A stretch of DNA of 64,000 bases from an uncultured Pelagibacteraceae bacterium (GCA_902529645.1 CABZXO010000004.1:9226-73225), one strand, 5' to 3'; positions 9,320 through 20,273 are shown, numbered from the stretch's first letter. Notes: generated by a model from the sequence alone, not told the origin. Translations and numbers: made by a program.

Positions 9320-10129
9320 ATGAATATAAGTCAAAAAAAACTGGAAAAATCTAAGGGCAGATTAGAAATAAAAATAAAAGATCAAAATTTACAAAAACTT
9401 TATCAACAAGGATCTTCAAAAGCTTTGATGCCAGATTTTCATGAAAATTTAAAACAATTAATGCTTATCAATACCGCTGGTGGAATTACTTCCGGGGATG
9501 AATACGACTACAAATTTGAAATCGATAGTTCGAAACTTTGTATTTCAACCCAGGCGGCAGAAAAAATTTATAGTGGTTTTGGTAATCCAGCTAATTTAGA
9601 AATTAATTTAAATTTATTAAACAATTCTAGTCTGTTTTGGTTACCTAAAGAATTAATTTTATTTAATAATTGTAATTTAAAAAGAAAAATTAATTTTAAT
9701 TTATCAAAAGAATCAAATTTACTTCTTTGTGAAAATATTATTTTTGGACGAACTTCTATGAAGGAGAAGTTTGAAAAGGGTTATTTTTCAGATTTTTGGA
9801 ATATTAATGTCGATAATAAATTAATTCATACTGAAGCAATAAATACAGGTTTATTTGAAAAAAAATATTTGAATAGTTTTTCGACATTAAATAATAATTC
9901 TGCAGTTGCGACAATTATAATTGTAGGAAATAAATTTTTGAATAACCTAAATAATCTATCTAAAACTTTAACTAACAATGTAAATACAACTTCAAATTAT
10001 TCTAATTGGGATAATAAATTGATCGTAAGACTTTTATCTAAAGATAGTTATAATCTTAAATTTGCAATTGATAAAATTTTGTCTTATTTTTTTGAAGGTT
10101 CAAAGATACCAAAAGTATGGAATGTATAA
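9320..10129 (+). CDS. ureD: Urease accessory protein UreD
   Basis: INTAGGITSGD, STQAAEKIY, WLPKELILF; first gene of the ure operon. Confidence 0.92.
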   Translation: MNISQKKLEKSKGRLEIKIKDQNLQKLYQQGSSKALMPDFHENLKQLMLINTAGGITSGDEYDYKFEIDSSKLCISTQAAEKIYSGFGNPANLEINLNLLNNSSLFWLPKELILFNNCNLKRKINFNLSKESNLLLCENIIFGRTSMKEKFEKGYFSDFWNINVDNKLIHTEAINTGLFEKKYLNSFSTLNNNSAVATIIIVGNKFLNNLNNLSKTLTNNVNTTSNYSNWDNKLIVRLLSKDSYNLKFAIDKILSYFFEGSKIPKVWNV

Positions 10130-10432
10130 ATGAAACTTACTCCTAGAGAAAAAGATAAACTTTTAATAAGTCTTGCAGCAATTGTTGCTAAAAATAGACT
10201 GTCAAAAGGTATAAAATTAAATTATCCAGAAGCTATAGCTTTAATAACAGATTTTGTAGTCGAGGGAGCTAGAGAGGGCAAAAGTGTTGCAGAACTTATG
10301 GAGGCAGGAGCTCATGTTGTTAAAAAAAAGGATTGTATAGAAGGTATTCCAGACATGGTGAAGGAAGTTCAAGTAGAAGCTACTTTTCCTGATGGAACTA
10401 AATTAGTAACAGTGCACAAACCTATTAGATGA
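10130..10432 (+). CDS. ureA: Urease gamma subunit
   Basis: [33 protein letters not shown]. Confidence 0.98.
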   Translation: MKLTPREKDKLLISLAAIVAKNRLSKGIKLNYPEAIALITDFVVEGAREGKSVAELMEAGAHVVKKKDCIEGIPDMVKEVQVEATFPDGTKLVTVHKPIR

Positions 10433-10439
10433 TAATATT

Positions 10440-10745
10440 ATGAAGCCAGGTGAAGTAGTTACAAAAGACGAGAATATAGAATTAAATAAAGACACCAAAG
10501 TTACTAAGATAAAAATTTCTAATTCTGGAGATAGACCTGTACAAGTTGGAAGCCATTATCATTTTTTTGAAACAAACGAGTATTTAGTTTTTGACAGGGA
10601 ATTATCATATGGAAAAAGATTAAATATACCTTCAGGAACTGCTGTAAGATTTGAACCAGGTCAATCTAAAGATGTTGAGCTTATAGAAATTAATGGATCA
10701 AAAAAAATATATGGGTTCAATAAGAAAGTTATGGGTAATTTATAA
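10440..10745 (+). CDS. ureB: Urease beta subunit
   Basis: [32 protein letters not shown]. Confidence 0.98.
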   Translation: MKPGEVVTKDENIELNKDTKVTKIKISNSGDRPVQVGSHYHFFETNEYLVFDRELSYGKRLNIPSGTAVRFEPGQSKDVELIEINGSKKIYGFNKKVMGNL

Positions 10746-12451
10746 TGGCTAAAATTTCTAGAGCAGCTTATGCAGATATGTATGGGCCTACAACAGGAGA
10801 CAAAGTAAGGCTCGCAGATACTGAATTAATTATTGAGGTTGAAAACGATCTAACAACTTATGGTGAAGAGGTAAAATTTGGTGGTGGAAAAGTAATAAGA
10901 GATGGGATGGGTCAATCTCAAATTAGTAGAAAAAAAGGAGCTGCAGATACAGTTATAACTAATGCTTTAATAGTTGATGTAAATGGAATTTATAAAGCTG
11001 ATGTTGGTTTAAAGGATGGAAAAATATTTGAAATTGGTAAAGCTGGTAATCCAGATACTCAATCTAAAGTAAATATTATTATTGGTCCAGGAACAGAGAT
11101 AATTGCAGGTGAAGGAAAAATTTTAACAGCAGGGGGTTTTGACAGTCATATTCATTATATATGTCCCCAACAAATTGATGATGCTTTACATTCAGGTATT
11201 ACAACTATGTTAGGAGGAGGAACTGGACCGGCTCACGGTACACTTGCAACAACTTGTACACCTGGACCATGGCACATACAAAGAATGATTCAATCTGCTG
11301 ATGGTTTTTCAATGAATTTAGCTTTTGCTGGTAAAGGAAATTCTTCTTTACCAGAAGGTCTTCAAGAACAAATTCTAGCAGGAGCTTCAGCTTTAAAATT
11401 ACATGAGGATTGGGGAACCACTCCTGGAGCAATTGATAATTGTTTAAATATTGCTGACAAAAACGATGTACAAGTAATGATTCACACAGACACTTTAAAT
11501 GAAAGTGGGTTTGTAGAAAATACTATCAAAGCAATTAATAAAAGAACTATTCATGCTTTTCATACAGAAGGTGCTGGCGGTGGACATGCACCAGATATAA
11601 TTAAAGTTTGTGGAGAAGAGTATGTTATTCCTTCCTCAACAAATCCAACCAGACCATATACAGTTAATACAATAGAAGAACATTTAGATATGCTAATGGT
11701 GTGTCACCATCTCGATAAATCTATTCCAGAGGATGTTGCATTTGCTGAAAGTAGAATAAGAAGAGAAACAATAGCAGCAGAAGATATTCTTCATGATATG
11801 GGTGCTTTTTCAATTATTGCTTCAGATAGTCAGGCAATGGGTAGAGTTGGAGAAGTAATAATTAGAACATGGCAGACAGCACATAAAATGAAAGTCCAAA
11901 GAGGAAGTTTACCAGAGGAAAAAGGGGATAATGATAATTTTAGAGTTAAAAGATATTTAGCAAAATACACAATTAATCCTGCAATTGCTCATGGGATTTC
12001 AAAACATATTGGCAGTATTGAAAAAAATAAACGTGCAGATTTAGTTTTATGGGACCCAGCATTTTTTGGTGCCAAACCAGAGATGATATTAATAGGCGGA
12101 AGTATAGCTTGTGCTCAAATGGGAGACCCGAATGCATCAATTCCAACCCCTCAACCAGTATACACTAGACCAATGTTTTCATCATTTGGAACTTCTTTAG
12201 AAAAATCTTCAGTAATTTTTACAAGCAAACTAGCTATTGAAAAGAATTCATTAAAAGATGCAAATATTAGAAAAGACTTGTTACCTGTAGAAAACACAAG
12301 GGCCATTTCTAAAAAAGATATGATTTTAAATAATAAGTGTCCGAAAATTGAGGTTAATCCTGAGACTTACGAGGTAAAAGCTGATGGTGAAATAATTACC
12401 TGTGAACCTGCTAAAGAACTTCCTTTGGCACAAAGATATTTTATGTTTTAG
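10745..12451 (+). CDS. ureC: Urease alpha subunit
   Basis: Ni ligands [30 protein letters not shown]; flap MVCHH. Confidence 0.99.
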   Translation: MAKISRAAYADMYGPTTGDKVRLADTELIIEVENDLTTYGEEVKFGGGKVIRDGMGQSQISRKKGAADTVITNALIVDVNGIYKADVGLKDGKIFEIGKAGNPDTQSKVNIIIGPGTEIIAGEGKILTAGGFDSHIHYICPQQIDDALHSGITTMLGGGTGPAHGTLATTCTPGPWHIQRMIQSADGFSMNLAFAGKGNSSLPEGLQEQILAGASALKLHEDWGTTPGAIDNCLNIADKNDVQVMIHTDTLNESGFVENTIKAINKRTIHAFHTEGAGGGHAPDIIKVCGEEYVIPSSTNPTRPYTVNTIEEHLDMLMVCHHLDKSIPEDVAFAESRIRRETIAAEDILHDMGAFSIIASDSQAMGRVGEVIIRTWQTAHKMKVQRGSLPEEKGDNDNFRVKRYLAKYTINPAIAHGISKHIGSIEKNKRADLVLWDPAFFGAKPEMILIGGSIACAQMGDPNASIPTPQPVYTRPMFSSFGTSLEKSSVIFTSKLAIEKNSLKDANIRKDLLPVENTRAISKKDMILNNKCPKIEVNPETYEVKADGEIITCEPAKELPLAQRYFMF

Positions 12452-12454
12452 CTT

Positions 12455-12898
12455 ATGGATAATTGTTTTTTAATAGTAAATAAAATACCTAAAAATAAAG
12501 CAAAAGATCATATATCTTTATCTTATGATGAGAGATTTTTAAGAAGAAAAAAACTTGTTTCAGATAATGGTTTTGAATTTTTAGTCAATTTACCAGAGAC
12601 AAAATCACTTTCAGAAAATCAAGCGTTTAGGCTTCAAAGTGGAAATTTGATTTTAATCAAAAACAAAAAAGAAAGTTTAATTGAAATAAAAGGTAAAAAT
12701 TTAATGCAATTAATTTGGCATATTGGAAACAGGCATATGCCATGCCAAATTGAAAAAGATAGAATTTTTATTCAGTATGATGAAGTAATAAAAAAAATGA
12801 TATTAAAATTAGGAGGAAAGGTTAAGAGAGTTTTAAGACCTTTTAAACCAGAGGGAGGAGCATATGGAATTGGTAGAACCCATAGCCATAGACACTAA
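12455..12898 (+). CDS. ureE: Urease accessory protein UreE
   Basis: [16 protein letters not shown], short His tail THSHRH. Confidence 0.93.
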   Translation: MDNCFLIVNKIPKNKAKDHISLSYDERFLRRKKLVSDNGFEFLVNLPETKSLSENQAFRLQSGNLILIKNKKESLIEIKGKNLMQLIWHIGNRHMPCQIEKDRIFIQYDEVIKKMILKLGGKVKRVLRPFKPEGGAYGIGRTHSHRH

Positions 12899-13544
12899 AA
12901 TAAAAGGTAAAAAAGATTTAAAAGAACCCTTACAAATTCTTCAAACTTGGTTTTCACCATCATTTCCTGTTGGAAGTTTTTCATATTCTCATGGTTTAGA
13001 GGCAATGATTAATGATAATTTTATTAAGTCAAAAGAAGATATTCTGGATTATTTAAAATGTATCTTAAAATACGGAACAGGTAAAAATGATATAATTTTA
13101 ATGAAACATACTTATCAAGGAGAAGAGTTAAATGAACTGGCCTTATCTCTTTGTCCATCCAAAGAAAGAAAAATGGAGACTGTAGAAATGGGTAATGCTT
13201 TTAGAAAAGTGTTAGCTGATAGTTGGGATTTTAATATTAAAGAAAACACTGCTTATCCAATCGCAGTTGCTAAAGCAGCTAAACATTTTGATATACCGCT
13301 TAACTTAACAATAGTATTTTATCTACAATCCTTTGTATCAAATCTAATAAATGTTTGCATTAAACATATACCAATTGGTCAAAAAATTGGACAGGACTGT
13401 ATAATTAAAACTTACGAATTAATAAGAGAAATAGAAAAAGAAAGTCAAAATTTAAATTTAGAAGACTTAGGTGGAATTTGTTTTAATAGTGATATCTACA
13501 GTATCAAGCATGAAAATTTGAAAACGCGAATTTATAAGACATGA
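12864..13544 (+). CDS. ureF: Urease accessory protein UreF
   Basis: [18 protein letters not shown]; C-terminal HENLKTRIY; strong RBS GGAGG upstream. Confidence 0.93.
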   Translation: MELVEPIAIDTKIKGKKDLKEPLQILQTWFSPSFPVGSFSYSHGLEAMINDNFIKSKEDILDYLKCILKYGTGKNDIILMKHTYQGEELNELALSLCPSKERKMETVEMGNAFRKVLADSWDFNIKENTAYPIAVAKAAKHFDIPLNLTIVFYLQSFVSNLINVCIKHIPIGQKIGQDCIIKTYELIREIEKESQNLNLEDLGGICFNSDIYSIKHENLKTRIYKT

Positions 13545-14152
13545 AAAATATAAATGGACCATTAAAAGTTGGAATAGGCGGACCCGTTGGTGCAGGAAAG
13601 ACAAGTTTGACTGCAGAACTCTGCAAGTTTTTATCAAAGAAAATTTCTATGGCTGTAATATCAAACGATATTTATACAAAAGAGGATGCAGAATTTTTAA
13701 TGAAAGTCCAAGCTTTACCTCTTGAGAGAATTAAAGGAGTTGAAACAGGAGGATGTCCACATACAGCAATACGTGAAGATGCTTCAATTAATATGCTTGC
13801 TGTAGAAAATATGAAAAAAAAATTTCCTGATCTTGATTTGATTTTAATCGAATCTGGTGGAGATAATTTAGCAGCAACTTTTAGTCCTGAATTAGTTGAT
13901 TTATCTATTTATGTTATTGATGTTGGTATGGGTGGAGATATCCCTAGAAAAGGTGGCCCTGCCATTCAAAAATCAGACTTGTTAATTATTAATAAGACAG
14001 ATTTAGCTCCTCATGTAGAAGTTAATCTTGAAACCATGAAAGAAGATGTGAAAAAGGCTCGAAATGGTTTGCCTTATGTTTTTTGCCAGATGAAAAAACA
14101 AATTGGTGTTGAAGATGTTGCAAAATTTTTATATTCATCAGGAGGTCTATGA
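13541..14152 (+). CDS. ureG: Urease accessory GTPase UreG
   Basis: [27 protein letters not shown]. Confidence 0.97.
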   Translation: MKNINGPLKVGIGGPVGAGKTSLTAELCKFLSKKISMAVISNDIYTKEDAEFLMKVQALPLERIKGVETGGCPHTAIREDASINMLAVENMKKKFPDLDLILIESGGDNLAATFSPELVDLSIYVIDVGMGGDIPRKGGPAIQKSDLLIINKTDLAPHVEVNLETMKEDVKKARNGLPYVFCQMKKQIGVEDVAKFLYSSGGL

Positions 14153-14179
14153 CAAATTTATATATAACAAAGTGTTTTT

Positions 14180-15253
14180 ATGAAAACAATATTAATTACT
14201 CTTTTTGTATTAGCATTTGCAAATAATGTTTATGCAAATAAAAAAGATATAACTAATATAAATTTCAAACCATCTGTTCACAAAGGAAAAATAGGAAAGG
14301 CTTACGAAATAGTTAAAGCAGAATCAGGAGAGCCTGTTATAGGTAAAAGAGCGTATAAATTTGTTGCAATTCCTTTTGATTGTGGAAACGATGGAGCTAA
14401 ATATACCGATTGTGGTGACTTTAAAAGAAATAAAAATACCTTTACATCAAAAGGAGATAGAGTTCGCAGTGAGCTTGGAGGATGGGATAGTACTTTCAAG
14501 GGTGAACAATGGCTGACATTTAGTATTTATATTCCAAATAATTATAAAACTATTTCTCCAACCATAACTTCCTTCTATCAAATTTATGAAAAACCAAGCC
14601 TTGGGCCTGCATTAAAAATAGAGGATTATTATGGAGTTATGGTTGCTAATATTATGATTAGAGGAAAGTCAATTTCTTCAAAAAAACTTTTAGAAATTGA
14701 AAAAATGAGAGGCAAGTGGACTCATATCGTTATGAAAAATAATTACTCTAAAAATAAAGAAAAAGGTTTTTATAACATATGGGTGAATTCAGAATATAAA
14801 GCATCCTATAGCGGACAAACTAATGGTGGAGCTCCAAATGGCATGTATGTTAAAGCTGGAATTTATCAATCCTTTATAAGTAGATACCTTAAGGCAATTG
14901 GTATGAACCCCAATTGGCAAAAAGGTCAAGATGCTGGAGAATTTCCAACTCAAATTATTTTTATGGATAATATTTTTAAAGCTAAATCAAAAGAAAAATT
15001 AAAAAAAACAATAGCAAAAGTTTATAAAAATATGGAAATACCAAAAGCATTTGATTTAGATAATTTGAGAGTTGAAAGTATTTCTGATGAAAATAAAGGA
15101 AAATTTTTTGCTATCGTTCTATCAAAATCTAACCCTACAACTGAATTTAAAGCATTTGATGAAGACAAAGGTAAAGCAAAAGTAAAAGCTATGAAAAAGT
15201 GCTTTGAAAAACATGATGATTGTTCGATTAAATCATCAGGTGTAGTTAAATAA
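14180..15253 (+). CDS. Secreted polysaccharide lyase-like protein, paralog 3, with a C-terminal two-Cys domain (DUF4189-like)
   Basis: Signal peptide; RVRSEL, FSIYIP, GKWTHI, GFYNIWVN, YVKAGIY; tail AKVKAMKKC...DC. Confidence 0.68.
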   Translation: MKTILITLFVLAFANNVYANKKDITNINFKPSVHKGKIGKAYEIVKAESGEPVIGKRAYKFVAIPFDCGNDGAKYTDCGDFKRNKNTFTSKGDRVRSELGGWDSTFKGEQWLTFSIYIPNNYKTISPTITSFYQIYEKPSLGPALKIEDYYGVMVANIMIRGKSISSKKLLEIEKMRGKWTHIVMKNNYSKNKEKGFYNIWVNSEYKASYSGQTNGGAPNGMYVKAGIYQSFISRYLKAIGMNPNWQKGQDAGEFPTQIIFMDNIFKAKSKEKLKKTIAKVYKNMEIPKAFDLDNLRVESISDENKGKFFAIVLSKSNPTTEFKAFDEDKGKAKVKAMKKCFEKHDDCSIKSSGVVK

Positions 15254-15261
15254 AAATTAAA

Positions 15262-16539
15262 TTAAGCTCTAATCGTTGGTAAACAATAAAAATCAGCCGT
15301 ATCAATTTTAGAAGAATACTGTCTTCTCATATTCCATTTTTTATGAACCCCAGCACTTGCAACACTTAAAGTTGATCTTCCATATCGATGGTTAGTATTA
15401 TCAATGGATCTCATTAAACTATTTATCTTTTCATCTTTTTCAGAAGTAAATAAATTTGTTTTATCACTAGCATTAGATAACCCTGTTAGCATTACCCCTG
15501 CTTTTTGATAACGGTAACCATTTTTAAAAATGTTTTCCAATATTGAAACTGCTGTCTTAACTGTTTCGATACTATTATTTGTTGCTATAGGAAAATCAAC
15601 TGTCTTCGCATTTGAATAGTAACCAAAGTTTCTTTGGAAAGGACTGGTTCTAACAAATACAGTAATTGCTTTTGCAACCAAAGACTCTGATCTAATTTTT
15701 TCAGATGCATTTAAACAATAATTTGCAACTGCTTCTTTTAACTCTTGGAATGTTTCAATCCTTTTTCCAAATGATCTTGAAACTACACAGCTCTTTCTTT
15801 TAGTAGTAGTTGTTTCTAAACCTATACAAGAAATTCCCCTAAGCTCCATTGCAGTCCTTGAACTTAGGACATTTGAAGATTTTTTAATCCAAGTATTAGA
15901 TTTATTTTTAAGTTGTTTAGCATTGTAAATCCCATGTTTTTGATAAAACTTAGTTAGCTGTCTACCAACTCCCCAGACATCATTAATTTCAACCTTTTCT
16001 AAAATAGGATCTAAGTTTTCTATTCCAATTAAACTTGTCACCCCTGATTGTTTTTTCTTTGCAATATGATTTGCAACCTTGCTTAAAGTTTTTGTATTTG
16101 CAATTCCAATACTTGTTGGGATACCAGTCCATTGTAAAACTGTTTCTCTAATTTCTTTTCCAACTTTTTCTACTTCACTATCAGGAAAGTTTGACAAATC
16201 TAGAAATGCTTCATCAATTGAATAAACTTCTATTTCTGAATTAAATCTTTTAAGAGTTCTCATTACTCTTCTAGATAAATCTCCATATAAAGAATAATTA
16301 GATGAAAATACCTCAACTTTATTTTTAATAATAATATCTTTTGCTTTAAAGTAGGGCTCACCCATTTTAATACCTAAAGCTTTTGCTTCATTCGATCTTG
16401 AAATAATACAACCATCATTATTAGATAAAACAACAACAGGTTTTCTTCTTATTTTTGGATTAAACAATCTTTCACAAGAAACGTAAAAAGAATTACAATC
16501 AATTAATGCTATTTTTTTAGTACGTTGAATGGATGACAT
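15262..16539 (-). CDS. umuC: Y-family DNA polymerase V subunit UmuC
   Basis: [34 protein letters not shown]; ATG at 16539 preferred over the ORF-track start at 16548. Confidence 0.95.
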   Translation of the reverse strand: MSSIQRTKKIALIDCNSFYVSCERLFNPKIRRKPVVVLSNNDGCIISRSNEAKALGIKMGEPYFKAKDIIIKNKVEVFSSNYSLYGDLSRRVMRTLKRFNSEIEVYSIDEAFLDLSNFPDSEVEKVGKEIRETVLQWTGIPTSIGIANTKTLSKVANHIAKKKQSGVTSLIGIENLDPILEKVEINDVWGVGRQLTKFYQKHGIYNAKQLKNKSNTWIKKSSNVLSSRTAMELRGISCIGLETTTTKRKSCVVSRSFGKRIETFQELKEAVANYCLNASEKIRSESLVAKAITVFVRTSPFQRNFGYYSNAKTVDFPIATNNSIETVKTAVSILENIFKNGYRYQKAGVMLTGLSNASDKTNLFTSEKDEKINSLMRSIDNTNHRYGRSTLSVASAGVHKKWNMRRQYSSKIDTADFYCLPTIRA

Positions 16540-16912
16540 AAGTAACAACCCCCCAAATAAAAATATCTTGTTCTTCGTTAATTAAAATTCTGTCAGAAAA
16601 CTCTTTAGATCCAGAAGTTAAAAATTTTTTATCTCGTTCTTGAACTAAAGTTTTAACCACAAGTTCGTCATGAACATTCGCAATCACTGTTGAAAAGTTT
16701 TTTGGTTTTAAACTTTTATCAACCACCAATAAGTCACCATCATTAATCCCAACATCGACCATGGATTTACCTTGAACTCTGATGATGAAAGTTGCTGGAA
16801 CATTTTTTATTAAATGCATGTTCAGATCAATATCTTCTTCGATATAATCAGTAGCAGGGGAAGGAAAACCAGCACCTGCTTTATGTAGATAATAAGGGAT
16901 TGTTAGTTTCAT
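16517..16912 (-). CDS. umuD: DNA polymerase V accessory subunit UmuD (S24 autopeptidase)
   Basis: AGFPSPA cleavage site, GKSM catalytic Ser, VVK catalytic Lys. Confidence 0.93.
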   Translation of the reverse strand: MKLTIPYYLHKAGAGFPSPATDYIEEDIDLNMHLIKNVPATFIIRVQGKSMVDVGINDGDLLVVDKSLKPKNFSTVIANVHDELVVKTLVQERDKKFLTSGSKEFSDRILINEEQDIFIWGVVTYVIHSTY

Positions 16913-16927
16913 GTTCTTGTTTTGTTC
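16913..16927. promoter_or_regulatory. Alphaproteobacterial LexA (SOS) box of umuDC
   Basis: GTTC-TTGTTTT-GTTC, a perfect GTTC-N7-GTTC, touching the umuD start codon. Confidence 0.85.
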
Positions 16928-17035
16928 TAATTTATAGACTATTTATACAATACACTCAAGAGGTTGTATTTTGAGTCCGTAATTGAATCAAAAGTGAATC
17001 AAAACGTGAACATCGAAAACAACATTTGGTGGACA

Positions 17036-17044
17036 TGTGGATAA
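17036..17044 (-). promoter_or_regulatory. Perfect DnaA box (TTATCCACA)
   Basis: TGTGGATAA on the + strand in the intergenic region upstream of umuD. Confidence 0.5.
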
Positions 17045-17087
17045 CTTTTACAATAAGTAGTCTTAAAGTGATTTAAAAAGGAAAATT

Positions 17088-17282
17088 ATGATTTGTATTT
17101 AAGCCAATATTCCAGAAGAGTTAAACAAAATAGATGATGAATTAAAAGCAGTTTACCATAGCAAAGACACTGTTTGTTTTTTCATATTAAAAACAAGAGA
17201 ATTAAGAAATAAGTTTATATAAGAAACCAAGGGAATGAACAAAAGTGAAAGAGAAAAAGTTTATGAGGTATATAATAAATAA
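17088..17282 (+). pseudogene. 64-codon small gene interrupted by two in-frame TAA codons
   Basis: AAGGA RBS then MICI*ANIPEELNKIDDELKAVYHSKDTVCFFILKTRELRNKFI*ETKGMNKSEREKVYEVYNK; stops at 17100 and 17220; ends 3 nt before the next gene. Confidence 0.65.
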
Positions 17283-17285
17283 ATC

Positions 17286-17669
17286 ATGAATATTTTAGAT
17301 TTTGTGATGGTTGGTTCTGATGATCATGAAAAATCAGGTGATTTTTATGATGCTGTATTTGAACCTTTGAAATTAAAAAGAGTTTTGAAAACACAAAAAT
17401 ATCTTGGTTACGCTCATTCAAGTGATCCAGAGAAAGTCCAATTTTACGTAACACATCCAGTTAATGGAAAAGATGCAACGTTTGGCAATGGAACCCAAAT
17501 AACTTTATTAGCAGATAACAAAGAAGCTGTTAAAAAATTTTATGAAATTGCAATTTCCAAAGGAGCAACAGATGAGGGAGCTCCAGGAGTTAGAAAAGAT
17601 GGAAATTATTATGGATATATTCGTGATTTAGATGGAAATAAGATTGCAGCTAAAAGTATTTTAAAATAA
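17286..17669 (+). CDS. VOC/glyoxalase family protein
   Basis: FYDAVF, ATFGNGTQI, GATDEGAPG, YIRDLDGNKI. Confidence 0.88.
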   Translation: MNILDFVMVGSDDHEKSGDFYDAVFEPLKLKRVLKTQKYLGYAHSSDPEKVQFYVTHPVNGKDATFGNGTQITLLADNKEAVKKFYEIAISKGATDEGAPGVRKDGNYYGYIRDLDGNKIAAKSILK

Positions 17670-17681
17670 AAAAGGAGATAT

Positions 17682-18047
17682 ATGAAATTAAATTGTCATT
17701 GTGGAGCCGTTGAAGTGGAAATTAATGCTACAGTTAATGAATTAGCAAAAATTGTAAGATGCAATTGTTCAATATGTAAAAGAAAAAATGCAACAATGGG
17801 AATAGTTAAAAACGAAGATTTTAAAGTTACTAAAGGACAAGATAAATTAAAACTTTATCAGTACCATACTAAAGTTGCTAACCATTACTTTTGTACTGAA
17901 TGTGGAATTTACACTCATCACAATCCAAGAAGTGCACCTACTATGACTGGTTTTAATATGGGATGTGTAGATGAAGTTAAAGTAGAAGATTTAAAAGAAG
18001 TAGCAAACTTCGATGGTTTAAACCATCCGATGGATCAAGAAAAATAA
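17682..18047 (+). CDS. GFA/CENP-V family zinc-binding protein
   Basis: CHCGAV, CNCSIC, FCTECG. Confidence 0.9.
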   Translation: MKLNCHCGAVEVEINATVNELAKIVRCNCSICKRKNATMGIVKNEDFKVTKGQDKLKLYQYHTKVANHYFCTECGIYTHHNPRSAPTMTGFNMGCVDEVKVEDLKEVANFDGLNHPMDQEK

Positions 18048-18054
18048 AAGTCTA

Positions 18055-18984
18055 ATGAAATTATCTGAAGAGTGTTTTAAGAAAGTTAAAAAAGATTGTT
18101 TTAAATTTATTAAATCACAAGAAACTTCAACTGAAAAGTTTGGTAACAAACAGGGGATGATCAAAAACTATTTAATCCCAATATGTTTTTGGATTGCAAA
18201 AAAAGCAGATAACAAAAAACCTTACTTTGTTGGATTAGCTGGAGGTCAAGGAACAGGCAAAACAACAATTAGTTCAATAATAAAAATAATATTAGAAAAG
18301 TATTTTAAATTAAAAGTATTCAAGATTTCTATTGATGATTTTTATAAAACTAGAAAAGAAAGAATTGCTTTATCAAAAAAAGTCCATCCTATGCTTTTAA
18401 CTAGAGGTGTCCCAGGTACTCATGATATTAACATGATGTTACATTTCTTTAAAAAATCAAAAAGTAAAAAATTCAAAAAATTAAAATTACCAAATTTTAA
18501 TAAGGCAATTGATGACAGATTTCCAAAAAAAAAATGGAACACAATTAATAAAAGACCAGATGTTATTATTTTTGAAGGTTGGTGTGTGGGAGCAAGAGCA
18601 GAAACAAACAAGACATTAAAAAAATCAATTAATTCTATGGAAAAAGCTAATGACCAAAAATTAGTTTGGAGAAAATATGTTAATGAACAATTAAAAAATA
18701 AATACAAAAAGCTATATTCACAGTTAAATTGTATGATTTACTTAAAAGCAAAAAACTTTAGTTTATTGCAAAAGTGGAGATTAAAGCAGGAACATAAACT
18801 ATGGTTAAAAACAAAGAAGAAAGGCGGTCATAAAATAATGAGCAAAGGGGATGTGATTAATTTTATGCAAACTTATCAAAGAATTACTCAAAATATGTTT
18901 AAAGATATGCCTAAATTTGCTTCTATAATTTTAAAATTAAACAGTAACCACCAAATTAAAACTGCTGTATATAAATCAAAATGA
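18055..18984 (+). CDS. D-glycerate 3-kinase-like (GLYK/uridine-kinase fold) P-loop kinase
   Basis: GGQGTGKTT, SIDDFY, RGVPGTHD, FEGWCVG. Confidence 0.8.
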   Translation: MKLSEECFKKVKKDCFKFIKSQETSTEKFGNKQGMIKNYLIPICFWIAKKADNKKPYFVGLAGGQGTGKTTISSIIKIILEKYFKLKVFKISIDDFYKTRKERIALSKKVHPMLLTRGVPGTHDINMMLHFFKKSKSKKFKKLKLPNFNKAIDDRFPKKKWNTINKRPDVIIFEGWCVGARAETNKTLKKSINSMEKANDQKLVWRKYVNEQLKNKYKKLYSQLNCMIYLKAKNFSLLQKWRLKQEHKLWLKTKKKGGHKIMSKGDVINFMQTYQRITQNMFKDMPKFASIILKLNSNHQIKTAVYKSK

Positions 18985-20273
18985 AAAAAATATTTATCAT
19001 AGTAATTACATCATTATTATATTTCAGTAATGCTTTAGCAGTTACGCTTCTAGATGCATTAAATTTAACTTATCAAAATAATATTCAATTAAATGCTGAA
19101 AGGGAAAATATAAAAGTTTCCGAGGAGGATATTAAAATTTCTGAAGCTGATTACAAACCGTCTGTTACACTAAGTAGTTCTAAAAGTTTTGAAAATACCA
19201 ACACGTTAAAAAATCAAAATGGTGGCACAGCTTCAAAAAATGATGTTGATCCATTTACAACATCTTTGAAGATAGAACAAACAATACTAGATTATGGCAG
19301 AGATCTTACGCTTGAAAAAAATAAAGTTTCATTGACTTTAGCTAAAGCACAATTAATTAAAAAAGAACAAGAAGTATTGCATGATGCTATAAATGCATTT
19401 ACAAATTTAATTTTATCGAGAGAAAAACTTAATATTAATTCAAAAAATTTAAATCTTCTAATTAGACAGGTTGAAAACGATAAAATTAGAAGAGATAGAG
19501 GGCAAATTACAAATACAGATTTGGCACAGTCAGAATCCTCTCTTGCTGGCGCACAGGCACAATTTGCAAAGTCAAAAAGTGATTTATTAATTAGCAAACT
19601 TAATTATGAAAATATTATAGGAAAAATAAATGATCCTAATAATTTAAAGAAAAGTTCAAGTGCAATTGTTAATATTCCAAAAACTTTAAGTGAAGCAATA
19701 AATTTATCAAAACAGAATAATCCAGATATACTGATTGCAAAACTTGATTTAGAAAAGTCTGAAAAAGATATAGCAATTTCAGAATCGGATTTAAAACCAA
19801 CTGCTTCAGTATCATTAGAGAAATCGTACACTGACGATCTTAGCTCGACTGTTGCAGAAAGAGATAAAGATATATTAAAAGCAACAATTAGTTGGCCTTT
19901 TTATTCTGGTGGAAAAAAGAAATATAAAATTAGCAAAAATACAAATTTAACCAATAGAAAGAGATTATTATTAGATCATGCTGTTAAAAATAATGAAACT
20001 AACGTTGCAAGTGCGTGGGCAAGCTTAGAGTCATCTAAAAGTTTTTTAAATTCTGTGAATGTTCAATTAAAATCAGCAGAAATTGCCAACGAGGGAATTA
20101 AAGCAGAGTATGAAAGAGGATCGAGAACAACTTTAGACGTTATTCAATCAAATTCACTCTTACTTTCTGCACAACTTTCTTTAGTAAATTCTGAGAGAGA
20201 TTATTTAATGGCTCAATATAACTTGCTTAAATCAGTAGGCCTACTTAATAGTCTATATCTAAAACTTAAGTAA
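18981..20273 (+). CDS. tolC: TolC-family outer membrane efflux protein
   Basis: Signal peptide; duplicated OEP repeats; WPFYSGG, YERGSRTTLDV. Confidence 0.9.
   Translation: MKKIFIIVITSLLYFSNALAVTLLDALNLTYQNNIQLNAERENIKVSEEDIKISEADYKPSVTLSSSKSFENTNTLKNQNGGTASKNDVDPFTTSLKIEQTILDYGRDLTLEKNKVSLTLAKAQLIKKEQEVLHDAINAFTNLILSREKLNINSKNLNLLIRQVENDKIRRDRGQITNTDLAQSESSLAGAQAQFAKSKSDLLISKLNYENIIGKINDPNNLKKSSSAIVNIPKTLSEAINLSKQNNPDILIAKLDLEKSEKDIAISESDLKPTASVSLEKSYTDDLSSTVAERDKDILKATISWPFYSGGKKKYKISKNTNLTNRKRLLLDHAVKNNETNVASAWASLESSKSFLNSVNVQLKSAEIANEGIKAEYERGSRTTLDVIQSNSLLLSAQLSLVNSERDYLMAQYNLLKSVGLLNSLYLKLK

Noticed and set aside
16930-17087. Replication origin at the perfect DnaA box
   Set aside because: Only one box in a short region with no box cluster; treated as regulatory
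17088-17282. Programmed stop-codon reassignment (TAA read-through)
   Set aside because: TAA is the dominant true stop codon throughout the window
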